A DNA stretch of 44,676 bases from an uncultured archaeon (lineage in GTDB: Archaea; Asgardarchaeota; Lokiarchaeia; Sigyniarchaeales; SOKP01), in NCBI GenBank assembly GCA_964525635.1, contig CAZGJX010000022.1:1-44676 (forward strand). Direction: 5' to 3'. Below the pieces are notes generated by a model, which was not told where the DNA came from, made no database searches, and saw only the letters and a program-made list of their open reading frames with translations. This document shows positions 18,110 through 28,367 of this stretch, in pieces (the stretch's first letter is position 1; every line of letters starts with the position of its first letter). The translations under genes were made by a program, and so were the position numbers.

Positions 18110-20311
18110 TCACGAGATAGCAATGACACGGGCCGCATTCAAGTCCGAATGGACGCGTATTGCTTTTCCAGAAGCGTGATACTTACTATTCATGCACATA
18201 AATGATCTTCCATTTCGCATTCCTCTCATTCGACAGCTCCAACAATCATGGGATGTGTATGCGGCACTAATCCTTCGGAACGTGATTCCATTCAAGTTGG
18301 CTTGAAGCTCAACGGCCTGTTGCACTTGGGAAAAGAACCAGTGTGCTTGCCAAAACGCGAAGTAAGCACCTGTTTCCGACTTCTTGGAATGCTGAGACCA
18401 CTTGAGATTCTCGAATTTCAATACAGAAGCGCCATGATATACGGCAATTTCTAGAATCATGTGCTGGAGCTGTCTTACCAGTTCCTTGTTCACATGGTTC
18501 ACATGTTCCCAGAGATGTGAGAGTATCTGAGAAAGTCGATAATGCTTGTATTTTCTTGAGGGATTTGCAGTGCTCCTTTCTGAAAGGTGATTCTCATATT
18601 TGTGCACCTTTCGCTGGAGATTCCGTGCTTCATGCCGCATGTTCCGTAATTTCAATTTTTGGTTGCTCTTCTTACTTGAATGGGAATTGTTAAACCGTGC
18701 TTGAGGTTCAAACGTACCTGATTTTATGTTAAATTTCATGTCGAGCAAGGTGTGCATTCCGATAAAGTATCGGGCAAGCTCGACAGGCACGTTGGGAGTA
18801 GTGCGGTCCATCACGGAAAGAACGGCAGGATGTTTCAGTCCCAGGTCTACTCCAATCTCTACCCTTTTCTTCTCTTTTATTGAATCAGAGTCAAGGGGAG
18901 GTTGTTTGGACAGGTCACTTGATTTTAGTTCAAGCGGGAGGTGAAGTAATAGCTTGCGTCCTTTCATGGTGAGGACGGGGAGGCAAGGAGTTGCACCCCG
19001 TTCGATTAATATCTTAACTCTTCCTTTCTCATCCTTGACGTTCAACATGAACTTTTCTCGAGAGATGAAGCTAAGCTTCACCTCCAAGCGAGAAAAGTTT
19101 ACATCATATACCTGTTCTGCTTGATTAATGGGCAAGGCAAGGTGCCGAATCCGTGGAGGATTCACTACTGTATGGAGAGAGGCATCAAGGTGGGCAAGCT
19201 CGCTCATCAATCCGTTGATGAGAGAGGTCGTGAGGAACACGTTTTTAAGCGTGAGGTTCACTTGGTTTTTTACCACTTGTGTGAAATACTCAATGAACCC
19301 TTCTCGAGTGGGAATGATGCTAACTCGAGGTGCACGAAGCACTGGTTTGAATATGTGCTTCGTGAGTGATACCTGCGGGGTCATGAGGTGCTCATTAATG
19401 ACCTCTTGAAACACCTTTCTAGCAAGTTCATAGAGGGAATTTACTGATTCAACTTCAAGAGAGGCTTGCAATTCTTTAATGAGAGGCTGGAAGGTATATT
19501 CTCGCTCTCGCTTGAATCCTGCCATATCCGAAAGGTTAAGGACGTGCTTGGCATTCCAGGTAGATTGTCGCTTGACCCGCATGAGATATCGCTTGAAAAA
19601 ATGTTCAAAAATGTCCGAAATTGGAACTTTTTCGAGCGTTCCTTTCTTTTTTCGAGTAAAGGAACTGAGAGCGCTCTCCAGAACCTCTTCAACGAGAGCA
19701 GGATTCGACAAGATTTCTATCAGTCGGGCCTTCAGGATGGGCTCAATTCGAGTGGACGAGATGAACAGGTTTCTTACCTGTCCGATGAGGTTGGTAATAT
19801 ACAAATAGGAAAGCTGAAAAGTCTTCCCAAAACAATTCTTGCGTGTTGCTGTTGACAAGCGCTTCATGGCAGAGTGAGCCATACTGCTTCCTTGCAAGAA
19901 TCGCACGGCATGGCGAGGCGAGCTCGAAATCAACCCGGTGAGTTCCTTGATGATGACCGAAAGATAATGAGTCCGCACCAGCCATTTCCGCACCGCAAAA
20001 TAGGGATATTGAATGGCACAGCGTAGCATCCGTTCTTTAAGCTTAAGCTTGGCAGGAAATGTGGAATATATTTCATTGAGCTTCAATGTATTGTACACCT
20101 GCCGTTTCACGTGGGCCTTGGACTCCCCCGAGAAGTCTGACTTGGTCAGAGGTCCATTCTTGAGAGAGGTAATAAGCACGTCAATGTAGGTATTTTCAAG
20201 AACTCTAAATGAAAGCATCCGTTCTTTAATGAATTGATAGATGCCTTTCTTATCAGGCTCTCGTGGAATTAATGAGCAGGTTCGAGTGAGGGTCGTGGTA
20301 GGAGACGTCAT
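18110..20311 (-). CDS. tnpB: Large TnpB/Cas12-like RNA-guided nuclease (733 aa)
   Basis: RuvC-I GVDLG, RuvC-II FENL, zinc finger CWSC...C, RuvC-III HSDLNAA; long N-terminal extension. Confidence 0.85.
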   Translation of the reverse strand: MTSPTTTLTRTCSLIPREPDKKGIYQFIKERMLSFRVLENTYIDVLITSLKNGPLTKSDFSGESKAHVKRQVYNTLKLNEIYSTFPAKLKLKERMLRCAIQYPYFAVRKWLVRTHYLSVIIKELTGLISSSPRHAVRFLQGSSMAHSAMKRLSTATRKNCFGKTFQLSYLYITNLIGQVRNLFISSTRIEPILKARLIEILSNPALVEEVLESALSSFTRKKKGTLEKVPISDIFEHFFKRYLMRVKRQSTWNAKHVLNLSDMAGFKREREYTFQPLIKELQASLEVESVNSLYELARKVFQEVINEHLMTPQVSLTKHIFKPVLRAPRVSIIPTREGFIEYFTQVVKNQVNLTLKNVFLTTSLINGLMSELAHLDASLHTVVNPPRIRHLALPINQAEQVYDVNFSRLEVKLSFISREKFMLNVKDEKGRVKILIERGATPCLPVLTMKGRKLLLHLPLELKSSDLSKQPPLDSDSIKEKKRVEIGVDLGLKHPAVLSVMDRTTPNVPVELARYFIGMHTLLDMKFNIKSGTFEPQARFNNSHSSKKSNQKLKLRNMRHEARNLQRKVHKYENHLSERSTANPSRKYKHYRLSQILSHLWEHVNHVNKELVRQLQHMILEIAVYHGASVLKFENLKWSQHSKKSETGAYFAFWQAHWFFSQVQQAVELQANLNGITFRRISAAYTSHDCWSCRMRGMRNGRSFMCMNSKYHASGKAIRVHSDLNAARVIAIS

Positions 20312-20415
20312 TGAAATATAGGAGAAGAAGTAATAGTTATACTATAATAGGTGGGAAGGTATTTAAACCGTACCACGGTCGAAATTTTTTAATGGTGGAG
20401 GGGAGGGGAGGAACT

Positions 20416-21063
20416 TCAAGAACTTGAAGCTTCAACCACCGAAGTATCATTTCCACGTTCTTTTTCTGAGAGCCTCATTCGGTACAACTTTCCACTAAAT
20501 GAATGGATGATGGCAACCAAGTCTTCTACCATCTCACCTTCTGGAGTTTTTGCATCCAATTCATTCAAGTACGACACTGAGACATTGAATTCTGCTAAAT
20601 AATTTTGCAGGTAAGTATATCCAAACCGGGTGAGTCGGTCCTTATAGGTGAGCAAGACCTGGGAAAAGCATCCCTTCCGAGCATCCCGCAACATTTTCCA
20701 CAGATTCTTCCGGGTGGTGTTCAATCCAGAGGACACATCTTTGTAAACGTGATATACGTTCAAACCCTTTTCCAGAGCGTGGTCCTTGATTTGATCAATT
20801 TGCCGTTCCAAGTCACCTCTCTTGTATTGCTTGTGAGAGGATACATGCCCGTAAATGGCGCACGCATCTTGATGGATAACACGTGAAAGAGTAGATCCAG
20901 TTACATTGGATGTTCCCTTAAGAAGGTGCGTGATCTCCTGAACTGGAAATAGTCGATGTCCTCCTAGTGTTCTCACGCATGGTATCGAACCTTTCTTATC
21001 CCATCTTCGTAACGTCTTGATGCAGACACCAATCATGAGAGCTGCCGCTCCAATGGCGTACAT
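20416..21063 (-). CDS. tnpA: IS607-family transposase (MerR-like HTH plus serine recombinase)
   Basis: TLRRWD.KG..RT.GGHR HTH; YGHVSS..Q (canonical YARVSS); DRLTRFG; EDL..II.SFSG.LY. Confidence 0.93.
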   Translation of the reverse strand: MYAIGAAALMIGVCIKTLRRWDKKGSIPCVRTLGGHRLFPVQEITHLLKGTSNVTGSTLSRVIHQDACAIYGHVSSHKQYKRGDLERQIDQIKDHALEKGLNVYHVYKDVSSGLNTTRKNLWKMLRDARKGCFSQVLLTYKDRLTRFGYTYLQNYLAEFNVSVSYLNELDAKTPEGEMVEDLVAIIHSFSGKLYRMRLSEKERGNDTSVVEASSS

Positions 21064-21256
21064 GAAGAAGGAGATTTAATAACGGAATTTAAATCTTTAC
21101 ATTACATGCGTGGTACATCATTTTAAATACTGTCCAGATTTATCATTTTTTTTGGATGCTATGAGTAACCCTAAAATAATTAATTTACTTTGAATTAGGA
21201 TTTCAAAAAACTTTTTAAAATCAGAATTAATAAAATATAATTTTATTTAAAATAAC

Positions 21257-21538
21257 TCATAGATTTTTTGAATTTTGTACCAATTGCATTAAACTTTCAA
21301 AAATTTTACCAAAAGTGATTATTTCATTTATAGAGGCACGAAATGCAGTAATATCCCCACTTTTTATAGAAAAATTAAGATTATTCTCTCCCTCTTTTTC
21401 AACAAATACTTTTGATCTCTTAGATTTTAATCTTTCATATTCAGGTTGAAATGAGTTAAAAGAGATGTTTCGAGTTTTAGAATCATTAAATGTAAATTTT
21501 ATGGAGGAAGTTATAGTATAATTTAAGTTTTTTTTCAT
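21257..21538 (-). CDS. pcc1: KEOPS complex subunit Pcc1
   Basis: 93 aa, PE...RS...I.S.DITAFRASIN motif; overlaps the rpl37ae stop. Confidence 0.8.
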   Translation of the reverse strand: MKKNLNYTITSSIKFTFNDSKTRNISFNSFQPEYERLKSKRSKVFVEKEGENNLNFSIKSGDITAFRASINEIITFGKIFESLMQLVQNSKNL

Positions 21539-21831
21539 TCTTCTTCAACTAATTCTAATTCTCTTTGCTTTCTTTTCGAAACTCTAAAGGATTCTGCTCC
21601 TCTTGGAGTTACAATATCATATGCTCCACCAGTAAACTTAGCCTCACACTTTTTACAATACCAAATACCTGTTGAAATTCTCTGAATTGAACCCTTTGTT
21701 TGACATCTAGGGCACTTAGTATCTTTACTATGCATCTTTGTTAATATGGCTTTAGTTCTTTTACGAAGTACTGAACCATAACGAGTTCCATATTTTCCTG
21801 CAATACCGACCTTTTTAGTCTTGCCTCCCAT
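21535..21831 (-). CDS. rpl37ae: Ribosomal protein eL43 (L37Ae)
   Basis: TKKVGIAGKYGTRYG, CPRC, GIWYCKKC, FTGGAY; start placed at MGGKTK. Confidence 0.96.
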   Translation of the reverse strand: MGGKTKKVGIAGKYGTRYGSVLRKRTKAILTKMHSKDTKCPRCQTKGSIQRISTGIWYCKKCEAKFTGGAYDIVTPRGAESFRVSKRKQRELELVEEE

Positions 21832-22576
21832 AATAAATAACACTAATATTTTTTAATTTATAGATATCTTATAAAACTTAATATAAAATAAAAATTTTAG
21901 GGAAAGAAAATATAATTATTTGGGTGCGTACAAAATTCAGTGATGGAAGAATATATTCTTTTATTAAATTATAATTTTAGGAGAAATATTCTAAAATAAA
22001 TCAATTTATGCATTTTTATCACTAACATTTGTACCTACCCAATTATTTTTATTTAAATAAAATGAACGTGAATAAATCTTTCTATATACATTAGAAAAAT
22101 TATACATAAAATAAAATTATCTAATTCTTAAATAAAACTAAAATTATTAAAATTTTAAATTTGATATAATTTAAGAAGAGTTTTTTTTTTGTTCAAGATT
22201 TCAAGCTTTTATATGTAAAAGTTTTTTATATTTTGTATTTTTTATTGAATTTTATTCATTTTTTTTTTATAAAAAAAACACACTATAAATATTTATAGAA
22301 AATTTTTAATATTATCAGAGTTTTATTTTATTAATACTTTTTAATATTTTTTAACAATAATATAAAGTTTGAACATAATGAATAAAATACAAAATAACAA
22401 TGGTTTACTTGTTCTAAACATAGTATTATTGTTATCTGTAATAATTTTATTATTACGTGTAGTAGTAATTTTACTTTTATAAAGTAACCAAAAAACTCTC
22501 AGATTCTTGATTTTTTTTGGTTGCTATGGTGATATAATTAATAAAAATCAAAAAGAAAAAGTTGGAAAAAAAAGTG

Positions 22577-23155
22577 ATGGCAAACGGAATAATAGAGATT
22601 TCATTTGCAGCGCGTGGAGGTCAAACCGCAGTAACTGCAAGTCAACTTTTGGCTCAATTTGCATTTAAAAAAGGATTTATTGATACAATTGCAATCCCTA
22701 TTATTGGTGCAGAAAGGAGAGGTGCTCCTATATGGGCTTTTACAAAGATTTCAAAATCAAAACCAATTAGGACTTATGATAGTGTGGTTGATCCTGATTA
22801 TATGATAATTTTTGATACTTCTCTTTTAGACATACCAAGAATTAGAGACACAATAAAAGAGAATACAATTCTTCTGATAAATAATAATAAAACAATAGAT
22901 ACAACTAATTTACCTAAGGATATAAAATTATACATTATTGATGCTACTCATATATGTATTGAAAATAAGTTTATGTTATCAAGTGGACCAATTCTAAATA
23001 TCCCAATGTTAGGTGCTTTCGGGAAAATTACAGGTTTTTATGATCTCGATACAATGGAAATAGTACTGAAAGAGAAATTTGGCGAAAAAAGAATTGCTCT
23101 AAATATGAAAGTTGCTAATGACGCTTTTAATTCAGTCAAGGAGGTTAAATCATGA
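22577..23155 (+). CDS. porG: 2-oxoacid (pyruvate):ferredoxin oxidoreductase gamma subunit
   Basis: RGGQ, GAERRGAP, NIPMLGAF motifs. Confidence 0.9.
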   Translation: MANGIIEISFAARGGQTAVTASQLLAQFAFKKGFIDTIAIPIIGAERRGAPIWAFTKISKSKPIRTYDSVVDPDYMIIFDTSLLDIPRIRDTIKENTILLINNNKTIDTTNLPKDIKLYIIDATHICIENKFMLSSGPILNIPMLGAFGKITGFYDLDTMEIVLKEKFGEKRIALNMKVANDAFNSVKEVKS

Positions 23156-23499
23156 GTGAATCATCAGAATGGAAAAAAATTTCAAAATCAAAAGAAGAAC
23201 GCCCAAAAATTCAAGTATATAAAAACTGGAAAGAATTGCCACCTATCCCAATTTCTTTACCTATAGAGGGTAATATTGGGATTACAGGAGATTGGAGAAC
23301 TTTCCGTCCTTTAATCTTAGCGGGATGTAATAAATGTGGAATATGTTGGATGTACTGTCCTGAAGGGGTTATCAAACAAAGAGAAGACGGGTCTTTTATA
23401 ATAGATTATACTTATTGTAAAGGATGTGGAATTTGTGCTAAAGAATGCCCGACAAAAAATATTGAAATGATTAGAGAAAGTGAGGCGAAAGATGAGTAA
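23152..23499 (+). CDS. porD: 2-oxoacid:ferredoxin oxidoreductase delta subunit (2x[4Fe-4S])
   Basis: TGDWRTFRP, CNKCGICWMYCP, YCKGCGICAKECP. Confidence 0.93.
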   Translation: MSESSEWKKISKSKEERPKIQVYKNWKELPPIPISLPIEGNIGITGDWRTFRPLILAGCNKCGICWMYCPEGVIKQREDGSFIIDYTYCKGCGICAKECPTKNIEMIRESEAKDE

Positions 23500-24745
23500 A
23501 GTAAAAGATATCATTCAAAATAAAGAAACTATAATTATCAAAGGAAATGTTGCTGCTGCTTATGCTGCGAAGTCTGCACGAGTGCAAATGATAAGTGCTT
23601 ATCCTATAACACCACAAACAACTGTAGTTGAAAAGCTTTCTGAATTTGTAGATGGAGGATTGATGCCTGGAACTCAATATATTAGAGTAGAAAGTGAACA
23701 TTCTGTAATGGCTTCAGTAATTGGTGCGAGTATTGCAGGGACTAGAACATTTACTGCTACTTCAGGCCAAGGTTTATTTTACATGAATGAAATGATCCAT
23801 TGGGCTGCAGGAACACGATTACCAATTGTAACTGCTATAGCAAGTAGAGGTGCAGCACCACCATGGAATATTTGGGCAGATTTTACAGATGTTATAAATA
23901 GTCGTGATACGGGTTGGATGAGTGCGTTTTGTGCGACACATCAAGAAATATATGATGAAATTTTAATGTCGTATAAAGTCTGTGAAGATCATGAAGTTTT
24001 ATTACCCAAATTTGTTGCATATGGAGGATTTATATTATCTCATACCTCTAAACCAGTTATAATTGAAGATCAAGATCTTGTTGATCAATATCTCCCACCA
24101 CTACCAGATGAAAAGGGTTGGCCTCATATTTTTATTGATCCTGATAGACCTATGATGCATGGTAATCTTATAATGCCTTCTGGATTCTACAGTGAATTCA
24201 GACTAAAAATCCAAGATACAATTATGAAAGCTAAGGAGAAGATTAAAAAGGCCACAAAAGAATTTGAAAGATTATTTGGTAGAAATTATGGAAATGGTTT
24301 GATTAAAGAATATTATATGGACGACGCTGATGTTGGCATAGTAATATATGGAGATCTAGCACTCCAAATGGAACAAGCTATTGAAGATCTAAGAGAAGAG
24401 GGATATAAAGTTGGAATGGTTAAATTAAGGTATTATAGACCTTTTCCTACTGAAGATATTATTGAAATTGCCAAAAAAGTAGACGTTCTTGGAGTTATGG
24501 ATCGTGGGACTGCATTTGGTTCACCTACAGGAGGTCCTGTAAGCGGTGATGTCTTAGCCTCTCTTTATAATACTGGTATAAAAACTAAGGTTTTGCCTAT
24601 GATGTCAGGAATAGGTGGAAGAGAAGTTAGTTTAGAACAACAAAAGGATCAAATTAAAATTCTTATAAGATTGAAAGAAACGGGAGAATTGCCTGATGAT
24701 CTAATTCATGGAACTCTCTGGCATGGTAAATTAGAGGTGAAATAA
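23492..24745 (+). CDS. porA: 2-oxoacid:ferredoxin oxidoreductase alpha subunit
   Basis: AYPITPQT, ESEHS, FTATSGQG, RPFP motifs. Confidence 0.93.
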   Translation: MSKVKDIIQNKETIIIKGNVAAAYAAKSARVQMISAYPITPQTTVVEKLSEFVDGGLMPGTQYIRVESEHSVMASVIGASIAGTRTFTATSGQGLFYMNEMIHWAAGTRLPIVTAIASRGAAPPWNIWADFTDVINSRDTGWMSAFCATHQEIYDEILMSYKVCEDHEVLLPKFVAYGGFILSHTSKPVIIEDQDLVDQYLPPLPDEKGWPHIFIDPDRPMMHGNLIMPSGFYSEFRLKIQDTIMKAKEKIKKATKEFERLFGRNYGNGLIKEYYMDDADVGIVIYGDLALQMEQAIEDLREEGYKVGMVKLRYYRPFPTEDIIEIAKKVDVLGVMDRGTAFGSPTGGPVSGDVLASLYNTGIKTKVLPMMSGIGGREVSLEQQKDQIKILIRLKETGELPDDLIHGTLWHGKLEVK

Positions 24746-25678
24746 ATGGTTACAATTAAAGAAACTTTGAATGAAGCTTGTGAAGAATACTTTCTTCCAG
24801 GAAATTCTTGTTGCTCTGGGTGTGGTCTTGAATTAGCTCTTCGATGGGCTATGAAAGCATTAGGACCAAAAACAGCTTTAGTTACCCCAGCATCATGTTT
24901 AAATGTAGTTATTGGTCTATGGCCAAAAACAGCTCCAAATTTTCCATTTATAAACATGGCTTTTGCAGCTGGTGCTTCCGCTGCTACTGGATTTGATGCT
25001 GCATTTAAGGCAAAAGCATATCGTTTTCCAAACAAAGACTGGGATAAAATAACAACCTTAGTTTTTGCTGGTGATGGTGGTACAACAGATATAGGTATAC
25101 AAGCCCTAAGTGGAGCTGCGGAGAGAAACTCAAATATTTTATATGTTTGTTATGATAATGAGGCATATATGAATACGGGGATTCAGAGAAGCAGTTCTAC
25201 ACCTCATTCGGCAATTACAACAACTACTCCATTTGGAAAGAAACGTTATAAAAAAGATCTGCCACGAATTATGGAAGCTCATGAAATTCCATATGTTGCA
25301 ACCTGCAGTATATCAGAACCATTAGATCTCTATGAAAAATTTAAAAAGGCAAAAGATATAAAGGGATGCCGTTATATACACATTTTAGCACCATGTCCAC
25401 CAGGATGGGGGTATCCTGCCGAAGATACAATTGAAATGGCTCGAATGGCGATAAAATCTGGTCTTTGGATCCTTTATGAGGTAGAGAATGGAATTAAAAC
25501 AATTTCAAAACCAAGTAAAAGATTTTTAGATCCAATTAAGAGATTACCATTAATTGAATATCTTTCAAAACAAAAAAGATTTAGAGCAGTGTCTGAAAAA
25601 CAATTAATAACCCTTCAAGAGCGAATAGAAAAACGTTGGAAGAGAATTGAGGCAGATTTAGAAGCTCAAAAACAATAA
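24746..25678 (+). CDS. porB: 2-oxoacid:ferredoxin oxidoreductase beta subunit (TPP-binding)
   Basis: CSGC, GDGG...YDNEAYMNTGIQRS, PCPPGW motifs. Confidence 0.93.
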   Translation: MVTIKETLNEACEEYFLPGNSCCSGCGLELALRWAMKALGPKTALVTPASCLNVVIGLWPKTAPNFPFINMAFAAGASAATGFDAAFKAKAYRFPNKDWDKITTLVFAGDGGTTDIGIQALSGAAERNSNILYVCYDNEAYMNTGIQRSSSTPHSAITTTTPFGKKRYKKDLPRIMEAHEIPYVATCSISEPLDLYEKFKKAKDIKGCRYIHILAPCPPGWGYPAEDTIEMARMAIKSGLWILYEVENGIKTISKPSKRFLDPIKRLPLIEYLSKQKRFRAVSEKQLITLQERIEKRWKRIEADLEAQKQ

Positions 25679-25841
25679 TTATTTATTAATTTTTATTCTT
25701 TTTATTTATTTTGATAATTCTTGATCGTTTAAGAAATTCATTCAAAATTTTTTTTTATACTAGTTTTAGACATAATTATTGTCTAATTTATTTATGTATA
25801 GAAAAATTTATTTTCTCTATTAGTGTATAATTCCTAAAAAT

Positions 25842-26071
25842 ATGGTGTTTAAAATAAAAATCATTGCTGAACGTATAAAAACAAATAGTGTATTTTTACA
25901 TATTGGATATATTTCTGCTTCGCCCGGGGGAGTGAAATTTATGAAAATACCGGTGATATGACTACAAAAGCATTGAATTGTGATGATATAAAAAAATCAA
26001 TAATTGAAACATTTTGGATTTTGTCAGAAGAGGATTTAAAGAAATATCCCGAACGAAAAGAATTTTTTTAA
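25842..26071 (+). pseudogene. Possible frameshifted small ORF (about 76 aa)
   Basis: MVFKIKII...SASPGG continues as SEIYENTGDM...KEFF* if one G is added to the G5 run at 25926-25930. Confidence 0.3.
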
Positions 26072-26210
26072 TTTAGTAATTAATCATAATTTTCAAATAA
26101 ATGCTCTTTCTATTTTTTCTTTTTAGCAATATAATTGAAACTGATTATTTATAATTTAAATATTATAACTTCCTTTCTTACATAATTTTATCATTTCAAA
26201 ATGTGATTAA

Positions 26211-26774
26211 ATGAAAGATTTATCATATAATCGATATTACTCAAAAGGTAAATATGAAGCAGCAATTGGAACATTTGCTGTTGCTTGTGTATTTTTATTT
26301 GTAGCTATTTGTTCTTTAGTTCTTCTTCAGTTCGATATTGATTTTATTGGACTTAAATCATGGGGATTTTATATGTTTATTCCTGCTTTTTTTATATTCT
26401 TAGGGGGATTTGAACAGATATACACAAATATTAAATATAAAAAAGCAATAAAAGCTGCAATCGCTGAAAGAAATTATCAAGGAACCCTTAAACTTGAAAA
26501 TCTGGCTTTAGAGGTAGGAATAAAACCTTCAGATGTACTTAGAGTTCTTTTAGATTTAAGAGTAAATGAAAAAATCCGTTATAAGTTTAATCCTGAAACT
26601 GGAGAAATTATGTTAGGAGAGAAAGTTGAATACGAAAAAGCAGAGGAATACACCCCTCCACCAAAAAAAATTGATAAACCTATAGCAAGTGAAGGAAAAA
26701 AGTTTTGTCCATATTGTGGACATAATCTTGTAGAAAAAGCGAGTTTTTGTGAAAATTGCGGCTCTAAAATTTAA
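26211..26774 (+). CDS. Two-TM membrane protein with a wHTH-like middle and a C-terminal zinc ribbon
   Basis: Two hydrophobic helices; FCPYCG...FCENCG. Confidence 0.75.
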   Translation: MKDLSYNRYYSKGKYEAAIGTFAVACVFLFVAICSLVLLQFDIDFIGLKSWGFYMFIPAFFIFLGGFEQIYTNIKYKKAIKAAIAERNYQGTLKLENLALEVGIKPSDVLRVLLDLRVNEKIRYKFNPETGEIMLGEKVEYEKAEEYTPPPKKIDKPIASEGKKFCPYCGHNLVEKASFCENCGSKI

Positions 26775-26847
26775 TTTTTTTTTAATAAAAAATTAGAGAA
26801 TATTTTTTATAATTACATTTCTTATTAGTAGCTATATTTGAAAATAT

Positions 26848-27306
26848 CTAATACCGAATTTTCTCAAGATATTTTTTCATAAAAAACCTTTCTAACCTAC
26901 ATAATTCTCCTTTTTCTTCGAGCTTTAACTCATTATATGAGATTATTATGGTCCTAATTCTATGTAAAAATTTCAGGTAATCCTCATCAATGATAGGATT
27001 AAATCTATAAATATAGGAATTATTATAAATATCTCTTACTTTTATATAATTATTCCCAAATTCTAAGCCGAATTTATTTTTAAAATCCTTTTCAGAATTA
27101 TTGCTTAGAATTTTAATTATTTTTTCTATATTTTCAATTGGACTTTCATTATAATGATAATATAAAAAGGGAATAAGATCAGAAGCAAAATTTGACTGAT
27201 TAAAAAGGTATTTTATATTTTCTGAACTTATGGGGGAATTAAAATTAAGATTTGGTTGAAAAAATCTTTCGATATATGTTTTTTCAGTAATTACATTCGA
27301 AGCCAT
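26848..27306 (-). CDS. Hypothetical protein
   Basis: 152-aa ORF with host-like composition. Confidence 0.6.
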   Translation of the reverse strand: MASNVITEKTYIERFFQPNLNFNSPISSENIKYLFNQSNFASDLIPFLYYHYNESPIENIEKIIKILSNNSEKDFKNKFGLEFGNNYIKVRDIYNNSYIYRFNPIIDEDYLKFLHRIRTIIISYNELKLEEKGELCRLERFFMKKYLEKIRY

Positions 27307-27641
27307 TTTTCTTCATTAAAATCTTAATTTAGATATTTAAGTGACTCCATCTTATATAAAAAGCAAGTGAGTAATGCTTTACTGAATATTGATCTTTTTA
27401 AAAATATAAACTCCCTTTAAAAATCATTGAATAGATTGGGAAAATTAATCTGAAGTATATTGAAATGTAAATAATATGTAAAATTATAAAATAGTCATAT
27501 TTTATTCATAATGCATTTGATATCAATAATATCTTATCAATCAAATTTGAAGTATAAATTGAAGAATTCAATCAAACAATATAATTCTACAAAAAAAGAA
27601 AAAAATAATAAAAATATTTAGAATTAATCAGAAATATAGAA

Positions 27642-28367
27642 TTATGACGGTCTAGTACCTGAGTATAATAAAACAACACTTAAAATAATGCCAATTCTTG
27701 AAATGAAAATAAATATACCAAGATCAATGATAAGCTTATCTATAAATTCAAATACAGTAAAAATAATCCATCCAAGTGCTATAGATAGGAATTTACTTTT
27801 TACTACTCCTGAAGACTCTCCCGATTTCTGTATAAAGCCAATTCCATTAATAATAAACAAGATAATCAGACATAAAGCCATCATTACAGAAAGTAGTGAA
27901 CCCCAAGGAATTAAAGTTATATCTATTCTTAGGCGAATTAATTCATCACCAAGATTTTCCATTGCATTTGCAACAAATGTATTACTTACTTCATTAAAAG
28001 ATATGAAAATTAATAATATCTCAAAGACTAAACCTAAAATCGCACAAATTAGAATAATAAGTTTTTTTTTTTCAGGGAATATAGCTTCAGCACCAACATA
28101 CACCCCTAGTATTAAAATCGGAGCAATCCAAATATAACCTAATATAACATAGAGACTTGCTTCCATTAAATTCGTTTCATCTATAAGAACCGCAAAGAAA
28201 TCTGCCACAGAGCCTAACATAGTCAATCCTATAAGAATAATAACAAGTCCTGTTATCTTCTGAAGTTTGGCTTTTGATTTTAGTGAGTTGAATAATCCCA
28301 GAATAATAGAAAAGAATACAATAGCTATAGCCGTAATTCCATCAATATAACCAATAAGTTCAACCAT
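27642..28367 (-). CDS. Multi-pass (about 7 TM) membrane protein, Lokiarchaeia-type family
   Basis: About seven hydrophobic segments, GYIDG start and ...LYSG end. Confidence 0.75.
   Translation of the reverse strand: MVELIGYIDGITAIAIVFFSIILGLFNSLKSKAKLQKITGLVIILIGLTMLGSVADFFAVLIDETNLMEASLYVILGYIWIAPILILGVYVGAEAIFPEKKKLIILICAILGLVFEILLIFISFNEVSNTFVANAMENLGDELIRLRIDITLIPWGSLLSVMMALCLIILFIINGIGFIQKSGESSGVVKSKFLSIALGWIIFTVFEFIDKLIIDLGIFIFISRIGIILSVVLLYSGTRPS

Larger units (their letters stand above)
18007..21170 (-). mobile_element. IS607-family insertion sequence (tnpA serine recombinase plus large tnpB)
   Basis: Visibly higher GC than the flanks; tnpA-tnpB order; GG dinucleotides at both inferred junctions; subterminal inverted repeat AAATCTGGACA (18017-18027) / TGTCCAGATTT (21131-21141); inserted between convergent genes. 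Confidence 0.85.

Noticed and set aside
18248-20886. Several short overlapping ORFs within the IS
   Set aside because: Shadow frames of tnpB/tnpA caused by the higher GC
17920-21250. CRISPR array associated with the Cas12-like protein
   Set aside because: No repeat-spacer array or cas1/cas2 is visible; the context is IS607
25842-26071. Second mRNA intron or programmed frameshift
   Set aside because: No convincing BHB found; a 1-nt loss in a G run explains it, and the ORF itself is weakly supported
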